Shown: piece by piece, positions 38,577 through 47,542 of the stretch
Position numbering within the stretch: the stretch's first letter is position 1
Layout of the letters: each line of letters opens with the position of its first letter
From: Candidatus Woesearchaeota archaeon
Lineage (GTDB): Archaea; Nanobdellota; Nanobdellia; Woesearchaeales; GW2011-AR4
NCBI GenBank assembly: GCA_016192985.1
Contig: JACPTC010000017.1
Location: forward strand, 65,766 to 129,765
Length of the DNA stretch: 64,000 nt
Reading direction: 5' to 3'
Program-made: the position numbers and the translations under genes
Notes under the pieces: model-generated
What the model was told of the DNA's origin: nothing
What the model saw: the letters and a program-made list of their open reading frames with translations, nothing else
The model's database searches: none

Positions 38577-39527
38577 CTACTTCCTGGCTGTGTACCATTC
38601 GACCATTTTCCTTATTCCTGCGTCAAGGCTTATTTTTGGATTATAGCCAAGGATTCTCCGCGCTTTTGAAATATCAGCGTAGGTTATAGGGACATCCCCT
38701 TTTTGCACCCCTAATCGCTTGACTTTTGCTTTCTTTCCTGTGTGCTTTTCCAAAATCCTTATAAAAGCTTTCAAGTCAACCGGATTAGAATTTCCTATGT
38801 TGATTATCTCAAAACCCAAATTTTTTTCCATAGAAGATAATATCCCATCAATAACATCACTCACATAAGTGTAGTCTCTTTTCGAAGTTCCATCGCCGTA
38901 GACTGGCAAGTCTTTGCCTTCAAGAATCAACTTCATAAACTTGAAAGGGGCCATATCGGGCCTTCCACGCGGACCGTAAACAGTAAAAAGCCTCAAGCAA
39001 ACTATTGGAATCTTATAAAGGTTGTAGTAAGTTCTGCACATCAGCTCAGCGCTTAATTTTGTGGCAGCATAAGGTGAAACAGGATTTGTGGCACTCATAT
39101 TCTCGGAAAACGGGACTTTTCCAAGCCCATAAACCGAGGAAGAAGATGTAAAAACAAATTTTTTTATTTTGTATCTTCTTGCCATCTCAAGGAGATTTAG
39201 GGTGCCTTCAACATTTGTTTTAACATAAGAAAACGGATCCTCTATCGATGGCCTTACTCCAGCCCTTGCTGCCAAATGCAAGATTGCCTGTATGCTGTTT
39301 TCTTTGAATATCGGAAGCAAGGATTTCAAATCTGCAACATCGCTTTTATACAACCTAAAATTTTTGTTTTTGAGAAGTGCTTTTGTGTTTTCCTCTTTTA
39401 TTTTTGGATCATAATACTCATCAAAGTTATCAATGGATACTACATTAACGCCTCTCTTCAAAAGAGACCAACAAGCATGGCTGCCTATGAAACCAGCTCC
39501 ACCGGTTACCAAGACATTCTTGTACAT
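38577..39527 (-). CDS. NAD-dependent sugar-nucleotide epimerase (SDR)
   Basis: NVLVTGGAGFIGSH, YAATK catalytic motif; 316 aa. Confidence 0.8.
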   Translation of the reverse strand: MYKNVLVTGGAGFIGSHACWSLLKRGVNVVSIDNFDEYYDPKIKEENTKALLKNKNFRLYKSDVADLKSLLPIFKENSIQAILHLAARAGVRPSIEDPFSYVKTNVEGTLNLLEMARRYKIKKFVFTSSSSVYGLGKVPFSENMSATNPVSPYAATKLSAELMCRTYYNLYKIPIVCLRLFTVYGPRGRPDMAPFKFMKLILEGKDLPVYGDGTSKRDYTYVSDVIDGILSSMEKNLGFEIINIGNSNPVDLKAFIRILEKHTGKKAKVKRLGVQKGDVPITYADISKARRILGYNPKISLDAGIRKMVEWYTARK

Positions 39528-39611
39528 AGGCTAAAGTATAAAACAGTTGTATATATACCTTATTATCATTAATTAGAAACACTTAAATACTAAGATATTT
39601 TCAGCAAACTA

Positions 39612-39821
39612 ATGCCAAAGGACATAAGCAAAGAAGAGCAGATTGGATTTCACAAAGGGGCATTGACAACCCTTGCAAAAGAAAGGGAAGAGATGCTCAA
39701 GATATTGTCCATAGTTGAGCAGCTTATGCAGATGCATGTTAAAAGCCTGAAAGATTTGGGTGTTGATCTTCAGAAAGAAGCCCAAAAAGGCAAGAAGCCA
39801 ATAGAAGATGCCTTGAAGTGA
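39612..39821 (+). CDS. Small hypothetical protein
   Basis: 69-aa ORF between two convergent/divergent genes; no recognisable domain. Confidence 0.25.
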   Translation: MPKDISKEEQIGFHKGALTTLAKEREEMLKILSIVEQLMQMHVKSLKDLGVDLQKEAQKGKKPIEDALK

Positions 39822-39868
39822 TTTTTTAATTCTTTTGACAGCTACATTTTATTTTTCCCAATATAAAG

Positions 39869-40840
39869 ATGAAAATCAAAGAGCTTGGCGGGGAATTTGA
39901 ATTAATAAAAAAGATAAAGGACAAGACAAAGGCATCGTCAAAGGAAGTTGTTGTCGGGATTGGCGATGACGCAGCTGTTTTAAAGTACGATGAATTCACT
40001 TATCTCCTATTCACAACAGACATGCTTGTCGAAAACGACCATTTCTCCATGAGGCATTCAAAGCCTGAGCAGATTGGGATGAAGGCAGTCGAGCAGAATG
40101 TAAGCGACATTGCTGCAATGGGCGGCTTGCCAAAGCACGCTTTAATCTCATTGGCATTGCCGGATAGCATCGATGTCAGATTTGTGGATGGATTGTACAA
40201 TGGCATACATGAAAAATGCAGAAGATACAACATTAGCATTGTTGGAGGCAATATTTCACATTCAAAAGAGATTGTAGTCAATATTGCACTGATAGGTTTC
40301 GTGGAGAAAAAATATTTGGCATTGAGGAGCGGAGCTAAAATAGGAGATTTAATTTTTTGCAGCGGCGATGTTGGGAAATCAACAGCCGGCCTGGAATTGT
40401 TGAGAAATGGATTAAATGGCGAATCAACAAAAAAGCACCTTGAGCCGCAATGCAGGCTGGATTTGGCAAGAAAATTAGTTAAGGTTGGAATTAGCTCCAT
40501 GATTGATGTAAGTGATGGCGTTGCGCCTGAAGTCAAGCATATATGTGAGGAATCAAAAGTCGGCGCTGTTATTTATGCCGACAAAATTCCGATATCCAAT
40601 GACACGCTTACTGATTCAAAAAAACTAAATAAGAATGGCATTGACTTTGCGCTTTATGGGGGAGAGGATTTTGAGTTAGTGTTTACAGCAAATAAAAATA
40701 AATTAAATGAATTTAAAAAATATGATGTAAAAGTTATTGGAGACATTGTTGATAAAAAGTATGGAATTAAATTAATAAAAAATAACAGAAAACTTGATTT
40801 GAAAAGCGGGTTTGACCATTTCAAAAGATTGAGAGTTTAA
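39869..40840 (+). CDS. thiL: Thiamine-monophosphate kinase-like (AIR synthase-related family)
   Basis: GEFELI ... VGIGDDAAVL ... TDMLVENDHF ... GGNIS, typical ThiL/PurM-fold motifs. Confidence 0.65.
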   Translation: MKIKELGGEFELIKKIKDKTKASSKEVVVGIGDDAAVLKYDEFTYLLFTTDMLVENDHFSMRHSKPEQIGMKAVEQNVSDIAAMGGLPKHALISLALPDSIDVRFVDGLYNGIHEKCRRYNISIVGGNISHSKEIVVNIALIGFVEKKYLALRSGAKIGDLIFCSGDVGKSTAGLELLRNGLNGESTKKHLEPQCRLDLARKLVKVGISSMIDVSDGVAPEVKHICEESKVGAVIYADKIPISNDTLTDSKKLNKNGIDFALYGGEDFELVFTANKNKLNEFKKYDVKVIGDIVDKKYGIKLIKNNRKLDLKSGFDHFKRLRV

Positions 40841-41808
40841 ATATTAAAATTCCAAAATCCGTCTAGGCTTAATTTTAGACTCTTGATTCTAGACAGAAAC
40901 TCCCTCTCTACATTAGCTGCTGATATTGTTTTTTGCTCACTAAACTCTAAATTGGATTTTTCTTTGTTTATGCCTAGTAGAAATGCGGATACGCAATGCG
41001 GTAATGCCTGTACATTATACCCACCTTCTAAGCAAGCAAATATATTATTAAAGTTACTAGATAACAATTTACCCAGTTCATAGTAAGAATTAATTGTCAG
41101 ATTGAGTTGAAGCAAGGGGTCGTCCTTATGCCCATCGAATCCGGCAGACACAGCTACTACATCAGGTTGATATTTTTCTTTAACAATTGGGATTATTTGC
41201 GATAGAATGCCAACAAAAATATCATCAGAAGTATAAGGCGGGACTGGAATATTGATTGTGTAATATTTTCCTCTACCTGTGCCAACCTCGTTAACCCATC
41301 CCGTGCCAGGGTAAGCTGGGTATTGATGAATAGATAGATACAAAACTTTGTCAGTGTTATAGAAAATATCCTGGCTGCCATTACCATGGTGCGAATCCAC
41401 ATCCAGAAGCAGCACTTTCTTTCCCCTTTCATTAAGCCATTTGCACGCAATTGCAATGTTATTAAACAGACAAAACCCCATTGCCCTGTTTGCAGTAGCG
41501 TGATGCCCCGGCGGCCTTATTAAAGCAAAATCGTTCTGCTTTGCTGCCTTTATCGCAGCGCCTACAGCATAGCATGCAACCTCATAGCTTTTTTTGTTTG
41601 TGTAAGTGTCTGAATCGAGCCAAATTTCTTTTGAACTTGCATTTTTAATTTTTTCAATATAATCCTTATTATAAATCAATTTCAAGTATTTTTCCCCATT
41701 TTCAATTTCTGATTGTTCCAAATCTCCAAAAGCAAGAAATCTTTCAGGCCTTTCATGATGGTTGCTTGCCTTATGTTCAAGAAATATTTTTTTGTAGATG
41801 AGTTGCAT
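40837..41808 (-). CDS. Histone-deacetylase-family amidohydrolase (AcuC/HDAC-like)
   Basis: IRPPGHHA, DVDSHHGNG, GGY motifs of the arginase/deacetylase fold. Confidence 0.75.
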   Translation of the reverse strand: MQLIYKKIFLEHKASNHHERPERFLAFGDLEQSEIENGEKYLKLIYNKDYIEKIKNASSKEIWLDSDTYTNKKSYEVACYAVGAAIKAAKQNDFALIRPPGHHATANRAMGFCLFNNIAIACKWLNERGKKVLLLDVDSHHGNGSQDIFYNTDKVLYLSIHQYPAYPGTGWVNEVGTGRGKYYTINIPVPPYTSDDIFVGILSQIIPIVKEKYQPDVVAVSAGFDGHKDDPLLQLNLTINSYYELGKLLSSNFNNIFACLEGGYNVQALPHCVSAFLLGINKEKSNLEFSEQKTISAANVEREFLSRIKSLKLSLDGFWNFNI

Positions 41809-41809
41809 T

Positions 41810-42196
41810 TTATTTGATTAATTTTAGCCCAATTTTTTCCAGCACTTTAATTGCTTTACCTGTGCTCCTTTCCTTTACCAAAAAATGGTCTCTTGAATAT
41901 GAAGAAATAGGAAATATGCTAACATTGGCTTTTGCTAATGCACTAGAAATATTAGCTGTTACACCAACCACATTTAAAGGAAAAACAATATCTAAGGTAA
42001 AAATCTTCCAATTTTTATCAATATTAATCATATTTTTGTTGTTCTTAATCTTTGATTGCTCAATAATTGAGGTGATTTCATCTTTATCTTTAATGACAGC
42101 AAAAGCATCTGGCAAAACTTTCTTTGTTTTTGCAATTGCAAATTTTTCTTTCCAGACATAGAATTTGCCTTTTTTGAAATAATATTCCAACTTCAT
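41810..42196 (-). CDS. Hypothetical protein, ACT-like small-molecule-binding domain candidate
   Basis: 128 aa; weak resemblance to the ACT fold. Confidence 0.25.
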   Translation of the reverse strand: MKLEYYFKKGKFYVWKEKFAIAKTKKVLPDAFAVIKDKDEITSIIEQSKIKNNKNMINIDKNWKIFTLDIVFPLNVVGVTANISSALAKANVSIFPISSYSRDHFLVKERSTGKAIKVLEKIGLKLIK

Positions 42197-42220
42197 GTTT
42201 ATCTTTTCTATAAATTAAAA

Positions 42221-42516
42221 AGCGGGAGGACGCGCTTGGAAATGGGCAAAGGCCATTGCAATCAGCTACCTTGCTTCAAGCTCCACTCTGTTACTCATAA
42301 GCACCGGCACAAAAGATTACCGCTGCTTAAGGTCAATTTTGCAATTGATTTCCTTCCGGACCTTACGGATTCTCAAAAGCACCGGTCCTACAAGGCAGAG
42401 CTTCTACGCCTGCAGCAAGACCAACTGCAACAACCCAAGCTGCTCTCCAAGCTTCACCGCGCCTAAGCACATCTGCGCTTACAGGAGAGTGCTAGCTTCC
42501 CGGCAAAGTCCTCCCA
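42221..42516 (-). ncRNA. Signal recognition particle RNA (7S/SRP RNA) candidate
   Basis: About 296-nt GC-enriched non-coding island. The 5' GGGAGGAC pairs with the 3' GUCCUCCC. Minus strand carries AAGGUCCGGAAGGAA, close to the SRP helix-8 GGAA-tetraloop motif. It carries an Alu-domain-like CCUGUAAGCGC...GCGCGGUGAAGC and an AGCAGCGG motif. A TTTAAAA box lies about 25 nt upstream and TTTTT immediately downstream on the minus strand. Confidence 0.5.
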
Positions 42517-42535
42517 TAGCCAGAATAATATAAGG

Positions 42536-42543
42536 ATTTTAAA
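42536..42543 (-). promoter_or_regulatory. TATA-like box upstream of the SRP RNA candidate
   Basis: Minus-strand TTTAAAA about 20-27 nt upstream of the predicted RNA 5' end. Confidence 0.35.
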
Positions 42544-42934
42544 GTTTATCTATTATATCCATAAACTTTAAAACCTACCTTTCACCTCTTAAATTTATGG
42601 TGGCGATAGTTTAATGGCAGAATAGGCGGCTGTGGTACAACCTTTTCTTTTGCAAAGAAAAGCTTGACCAAAAGAAAGGCACTCACGAGGTGGTGGGATG
42701 AATCCCACTGATTGAACCTTTGCTTTAGTGGAAGGGTTGTATAGAGCCCGCTTGGCGGGAGTTCGATACAACGGCGAAGTCCGCTGACACTATCGAAAAT
42801 GCAAGACATTTTCGGAAGTTCCAAAAACCATAAGTTTTTGATACCTTGCGGGGCATAAAGCCTCGAGTGCTCGCTTCGCTCGCAATCGTTGTCGAAAATC
42901 TCCCTCGCCGCCCTTTATTTTAGAAATTAAGAGA

Positions 42935-43330
42935 ATGAAACCGACAGGCAAACCAGAGGAGGGGTGGAAAAAGAAACTACAGCCAGAGCAATACCACATA
43001 TTGAGAGAAAAAGGAACCGAAATGCCGTTTACGGGAAAGCTTTTGCATAATAAGGGTGATGGCACTTATTTGTGTGCGGGCTGCGGTGCTGAGCTTTTCT
43101 CATCAGAAGCAAAGTTTGATTCAGGGACAGGCTGGCCAAGCTTTTATGAGCCAAAGAACAGGGAAAATGTTGAGCTGAAAAAAGATTTTACTCAAGGCAT
43201 GGTAAGGACAGAAGTCTTGTGCAAGAAATGCAACGGCCATCTAGGGCATGTTTTTGGAGATGGTCCGGCGCCAACGGGAAAGAGGTTCTGCATCAATTCG
43301 TGCGCTTTAGAGTTCAAAAAATCAAAATAA
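42935..43330 (+). CDS. msrB: Peptide methionine sulfoxide reductase MsrB
   Basis: CAGCGAELF ... GWPSF ... CxxC pair ... RFCINS catalytic Cys; 131 aa. Confidence 0.85.
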   Translation: MKPTGKPEEGWKKKLQPEQYHILREKGTEMPFTGKLLHNKGDGTYLCAGCGAELFSSEAKFDSGTGWPSFYEPKNRENVELKKDFTQGMVRTEVLCKKCNGHLGHVFGDGPAPTGKRFCINSCALEFKKSK

Positions 43331-43334
43331 TACA

Positions 43335-43850
43335 TCATTCTTTTGAATAATACTCAATTTTTAAGATAAATCTGTAAATAATATATGGCAAAACAAAAAA
43401 TATTGAATAAACAAATCCTACTAAAAAATTATTTTGGACAACCTTTAATTCCAGTATTTGTGAAATATCGTTGGAAACACTAGATATAACTAGTATGTTG
43501 GTGAAAGCAATTAACGGGATTAATATCGCTAAAATTATGTGATGCCTCTTATTCAGGTGCTCTATGCTCCGTATAACCAACTCAAAAAGCAATCCGAAGA
43601 CCAGGCCCAAACCAATGATGATTGCATATATAATTCCGCCTTTTAAAGTTGCCAAAATGGGCATCAATGCAACAGAAATTGAATAGTTTGCAGTTATTAT
43701 TACGGCAAGCAGTATCCAGTAAACCCTTTTTTCGAGAAACAATCCTTCTTTGGTTTTGCTTTGTTTTGCCTTTTTTATTATTTTAAGCGCTTTGTTTATT
43801 TCTTTTTTATTCCATCCCCTTTTCTCAAGCCTTTTGATTAGGTTGTCCAT
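43335..43850 (-). CDS. Hypothetical membrane protein
   Basis: 171 aa, about 4 TM helices. Confidence 0.35.
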   Translation of the reverse strand: MDNLIKRLEKRGWNKKEINKALKIIKKAKQSKTKEGLFLEKRVYWILLAVIITANYSISVALMPILATLKGGIIYAIIIGLGLVFGLLFELVIRSIEHLNKRHHIILAILIPLIAFTNILVISSVSNDISQILELKVVQNNFLVGFVYSIFFVLPYIIYRFILKIEYYSKE

Positions 43851-43866
43851 GCTGCCAGTGAGTTAG

Positions 43867-44337
43867 CTAGTGCTCCTCTTTTTCCTCGTTAATTATTTTT
43901 TTGACAAAATACACAAAGTTCTTTGTACTCTCATAATATTCTTTTAAAGTGTCAATGCTCACCTCAACAACTTCGCCTTTGTCAATTGTTGCTATCATTG
44001 TGACATGCCTTCTGAATTCCTCCCTTTTTGCGTACTCTGCTTTGCTTAACTTTCTTAATCTTATGTAAAAATTAATGTAATCAAGCAATTCAGCGTTGTC
44101 AGGAAACGTCTTTTTCAGCAAATCACATCTCAGCCCTATATTTGAAGGAATGGCTGCTACCAGCTTTTTTTCTTTCGCATATTCCAGCAAAGATTGCAGC
44201 CCAAAGCCAATGCAATTTATAAGTCTTTCAATTACATGCTTGATGACATCTACTGTTCTAGTATACTTCAAACTTACCCAGAAAAGATGCTCAACTCTTT
44301 TTAACTCCTGTATTGCCTCTTCGAATGACTCTTTCAT
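43867..44337 (-). CDS. Hypothetical protein
   Basis: 156-aa ORF, no recognised motif. Confidence 0.3.
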   Translation of the reverse strand: MKESFEEAIQELKRVEHLFWVSLKYTRTVDVIKHVIERLINCIGFGLQSLLEYAKEKKLVAAIPSNIGLRCDLLKKTFPDNAELLDYINFYIRLRKLSKAEYAKREEFRRHVTMIATIDKGEVVEVSIDTLKEYYESTKNFVYFVKKIINEEKEEH

Positions 44338-44353
44338 AGAACACCAAACAGAA

Positions 44354-44692
44354 TTATTTTTTTTGCAGTCTTAATATGGCTTCTGCCAAGTTTCCGTTGC
44401 TTTCTTCAAGCGCAGCATGGGCCTCTTGGGTTGTGCATCTTGTCTGCTCTATGACTGTTGCAATATCCTCTTGGCTTATCTCCGCATTACTTCTATCCAC
44501 TTCAATGATATCGCCAACAACTTGGAGCGTTTCCTGGCCCATCATATTGATTTTGCTCACATGCGGATTCTTAATAACCAAATCTTTGCCAGGCGCTTTT
44601 ATAATCACTTCATGGGCTTCGATCTCTTCTTGCCTGATTCCAAGTCTTTTCATTGCTTTCTGCATATCTCTTGGATTCATTCCTGGGAACAT
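44354..44692 (-). CDS. nac: Nascent polypeptide-associated complex protein (NAC alpha, with UBA domain)
   Basis: MMGQETLQVVGDIIEV (NAC domain) and C-terminal UBA-like EQTRCTTQEAHAALEESNGNLAEAIL. Confidence 0.8.
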   Translation of the reverse strand: MFPGMNPRDMQKAMKRLGIRQEEIEAHEVIIKAPGKDLVIKNPHVSKINMMGQETLQVVGDIIEVDRSNAEISQEDIATVIEQTRCTTQEAHAALEESNGNLAEAILRLQKK

Positions 44693-44701
44693 GACACCAC
44701 C

Positions 44702-44896
44702 CTATATACCAATCAATCTGTTGCCGTAAGAGTAAAGAAATAGCATTATTACAATAACAACAATACAAAGCACAATTATATGGCCTGGCTTGAACTTTAT
44801 TTTGCTTTGATACTCATCAAAATACCTAACTAAACCTCCCATTCCAGAGGGCATAGATATTTTGTCCTGTGCCATTTTATTTTGCGTGTTTGCCAA
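44702..44896 (-). CDS. Preprotein translocase subunit Sec61-beta (SecG, archaeal)
   Basis: 64 aa; GLVRYFDE motif followed by a single C-terminal TM helix. Confidence 0.6.
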   Translation of the reverse strand: MANTQNKMAQDKISMPSGMGGLVRYFDEYQSKIKFKPGHIIVLCIVVIVIMLFLYSYGNRLIGI

Positions 44897-44918
44897 TATT
44901 AATGAATTGTAAATTGAT

Positions 44919-45293
44919 GGCAGGGTTCGAATAAGCCGCCTTTTGTCAGGCCCTTAGTGCAATTACAAAATTGCGATAGCCTGTCTTAGCATTAAACTAA
45001 GCGTCTTTAATCAGACTTGCACCAGCCAGGACTCGCCGTTTCATCCATGCTGCAAAAACGTCCGTTGGTTATCTGAATCTTCTCGCGAAGATCTTCGCAA
45101 ACATCATCCTTGGCTTGCATGCGAATTTGCTCGCAGGCTAGCATTCATTCACAGCGGTCTCGTTTCTGAGCGGTTGCCGTCAATTACTAGACCTCACTTT
45201 CGCGAGTAGCTACGTTGGGTGGGCGGACTTTCCTCAGCGCTTCAACAGCAAAAACTCGCTGTATAGGCACCGAAGCTAAGTACTAACCCTGCC
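44919..45293 (-). ncRNA. rnpB: RNase P RNA (archaeal type A-like)
   Basis: Minus strand has CR-I-like GAGGAAAGUCCGCCCACC and CR-V-like ACAAAAGGCGGCUUA. The 5' GGCAGGGUU pairs with the 3' AACCCUGCC (P1). About 375 nt. TATA box TTTATATA about 26 nt upstream. Confidence 0.75.
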
Positions 45294-45315
45294 TTTGCAT
45301 AGTATAGAAATTGGG

Positions 45316-45324
45316 TATATAAAA
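45316..45324 (-). promoter_or_regulatory. TATA box for RNase P RNA
   Basis: Minus-strand TTTTATATA centred about 26 nt upstream of the RNA 5' end. Confidence 0.45.
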
Positions 45325-45606
45325 TTATCTGTTTTTCTTCTTCAAAAAAGCTTCCTTAAGCTGCCTTAGCTCATCGAGTTGCTCTAGCAAAATTCCTTCT
45401 TTTATGTCCTCGCCAATGGCAAGCAGTATTATGAATATAACCATCAAAAGCCAAAGGAAAACAGTCTGCAAAAATCCCCATGTTATTTTATAGCCTTCAA
45501 TAGCGAAAACCTTGTTAATGAAAAAGTAGCCTATCACAAGAACAAGCAACCCTACAACCAACAGAAGTTTCTCAAAAATACTAGTTTGCCTCTTTTTTTC
45601 CATCAA
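45325..45606 (-). CDS. Small membrane protein (hypothetical)
   Basis: 93 aa, two hydrophobic helices. Confidence 0.3.
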   Translation of the reverse strand: MMEKKRQTSIFEKLLLVVGLLVLVIGYFFINKVFAIEGYKITWGFLQTVFLWLLMVIFIILLAIGEDIKEGILLEQLDELRQLKEAFLKKKNR

Positions 45607-45673
45607 TACTAATCTTTACTACTATGTTTATATACTTTTCTTTTATATTGATGGTTAAACCAGCACACTTAAA

Positions 45674-46810
45674 TTATTTTCTTCTTAACACTATAATCTT
45701 TAATGATTGCTCGCCGCTCCAGACGTCTTTTTCTTTTCCAACAACAAATTCATGCTTTTCCGCATGCTTTTTGACAAATTCAGGGATTCTGGAAATCAAC
45801 GCAATGACGCCCTTGTTGTTTAATATATAAGCGCTTTGATAGAAAAATTCATTGTAAATTTTGTCCAAATTCGCATTTTTTGACGCCGGCGGATTTGATA
45901 CAATCACATCAACACTTCTTTCCTTAAACCTTATATCAAGCCATTCCAGCTCAACTCGGCTGAAATTAATCAGCTTGTCAACTCCAGCTATTTTAGCGTT
46001 TTTCTTTGAATAATCAACGCACTTGAACAAGTTGTCAAAGCTGTATATCTCCGCCTTGGCCTTTTTTATGCTTTTATCAATTTTGCTAAAGAATTTCTCA
46101 AATTCAATTCCGAGCTTCAATTTTAAAAAAGCAAATCTGTCTTTCTTATAGTAATTATGCGGAAAGCCAGACGCATAAAACGCAGCTTCAATTGAAATCA
46201 CCCCATCCTTGGAGAAAGGGTCAAGCACAACACCATTTTTTTCAAAACCGCCTTCTTTGACAAGAGCGTAGGCAATGGTTCCTCTCAAAGAGTTTGGATG
46301 AAGAAAAATCTTGTAGCTTCTTTTATTGAGCTCAAAACCGGCAAAATCTATTCCAAAATAACATTTATTATTGATAATATAAACAAAAAAAATCATTTCG
46401 CAATCTTTTATACCAAACGCAATATTCTTATCAATATTCTTCTTTTTCAAATTCTGTAGAATAAACTTGGCAGATTTTATTTCAACATTGACACTGTTGA
46501 AATTATGGGTCCCTATTCTCATACATTCCACTCTGAATATTCTGTGATCATTTAGCCATTCTTCAAAATCCAATCCCGCAATAAACTTTTCAAAATCCTC
46601 AAAAAAGTTTTCAAACTGGAAACTTCCCATCATACATAGAACCCTGTCGACTGATTGTGCCTTATAGCACAGCAAGCATAAATCCCCGAAATCCTTAAAA
46701 TCAAATATAACACATCCTTCATCTATTTTACATACTGCATTAGTCAATTCCCGGATTTCAACTGAAGCTGATTCTTCAATCCCTCTCGAGACTATAGCTA
46801 GGCCTTTCAT
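45674..46810 (-). CDS. THUMP-domain RNA (guanine-N2) methyltransferase-like (Trm14/RlmL-type)
   Basis: Motif I DPFSKDGVISIEAA, motif IV VSNPPA, N-terminal THUMP-like region; 378 aa. Confidence 0.45.
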   Translation of the reverse strand: MKGLAIVSRGIEESASVEIRELTNAVCKIDEGCVIFDFKDFGDLCLLCYKAQSVDRVLCMMGSFQFENFFEDFEKFIAGLDFEEWLNDHRIFRVECMRIGTHNFNSVNVEIKSAKFILQNLKKKNIDKNIAFGIKDCEMIFFVYIINNKCYFGIDFAGFELNKRSYKIFLHPNSLRGTIAYALVKEGGFEKNGVVLDPFSKDGVISIEAAFYASGFPHNYYKKDRFAFLKLKLGIEFEKFFSKIDKSIKKAKAEIYSFDNLFKCVDYSKKNAKIAGVDKLINFSRVELEWLDIRFKERSVDVIVSNPPASKNANLDKIYNEFFYQSAYILNNKGVIALISRIPEFVKKHAEKHEFVVGKEKDVWSGEQSLKIIVLRRK

Positions 46811-46901
46811 AACAGAAAAAACTTCGGTTGATTTAAAAATATTTTGTGGAATATCCTTTTTAACAAATAATTATTTAAAATATAGGCAAATCACGAAAAT
46901 A

Positions 46902-47528
46902 ATGGCAAGCAAATCAAGGGAATTTAATCTCAAAATAATCTTAACTACCGTACTTTTTATATCATTTACAGATACTTATTTTATATTAAAAAATGAACAT
47001 TTCTCCCAATTATTTTGGTTTTGCAATGCCATGCTTTATCTGATAGTTATAGGTATATATTTTGAAAGTTCTATTTTTTTAACCGGCATTTTTTTGGGAG
47101 CTTTGGTTGTTCAACTACCATGGATTATTGATTTTTTATTAAAACTGTTATTTAGATATGAATTATTTGGCATAGCATCTTACATGTTCGATTATGGATT
47201 TAAGAACATAAGATTCTATATTGAGCTAGATCATCTGCTCATTATTCCCTTATCCATTTATGGAATTAAACGGTTCGGCTTTAACAAAAATGGATGGATT
47301 TTTTCAACAATTGCAGCTTTTTTGTTAAACATTGGAGCTTTTGCTTTTTCGTCAAATGCAGACAATGTTAATTGCGTATTTTACTCGTGCTTCAATGATA
47401 AAATAACTTTAAACAATACTTTTGTTTTTATGATGCTATGGGCAAGTTTAATAAGCATATTAACTTTTATTTTGAGCAGAATCATCCACAAAATCCCAAT
47501 TCTGAAAACTATGTCAAAAATTAATTAA
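46902..47528 (+). CDS. Hypothetical membrane protein
   Basis: 208 aa, about 6 TM helices. Confidence 0.35.
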   Translation: MASKSREFNLKIILTTVLFISFTDTYFILKNEHFSQLFWFCNAMLYLIVIGIYFESSIFLTGIFLGALVVQLPWIIDFLLKLLFRYELFGIASYMFDYGFKNIRFYIELDHLLIIPLSIYGIKRFGFNKNGWIFSTIAAFLLNIGAFAFSSNADNVNCVFYSCFNDKITLNNTFVFMMLWASLISILTFILSRIIHKIPILKTMSKIN

Positions 47529-47542
47529 ATGATTATTAAATA

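Noticed and set aside
42480-42520. RNase P RNA on the plus strand of the 42.2-42.5 kb island (AAAGUCC...CCAUAG resembles CR-I)
   Set aside because: The motif sits at the 3' end in that orientation and there is no CR-V/P4 partner. A bona fide RNase P RNA with CR-I, CR-V and P1 is present at 44919-45293, and this island fits SRP RNA better.
42840-42930. A canonical tRNA in the GC-rich stretch just upstream of msrB
   Set aside because: Acceptor-stem complementarity could not be satisfied on either strand (5' GCGGGGC lacks a matching 3' GCCCCGC). Left as part of the unidentified structured region.
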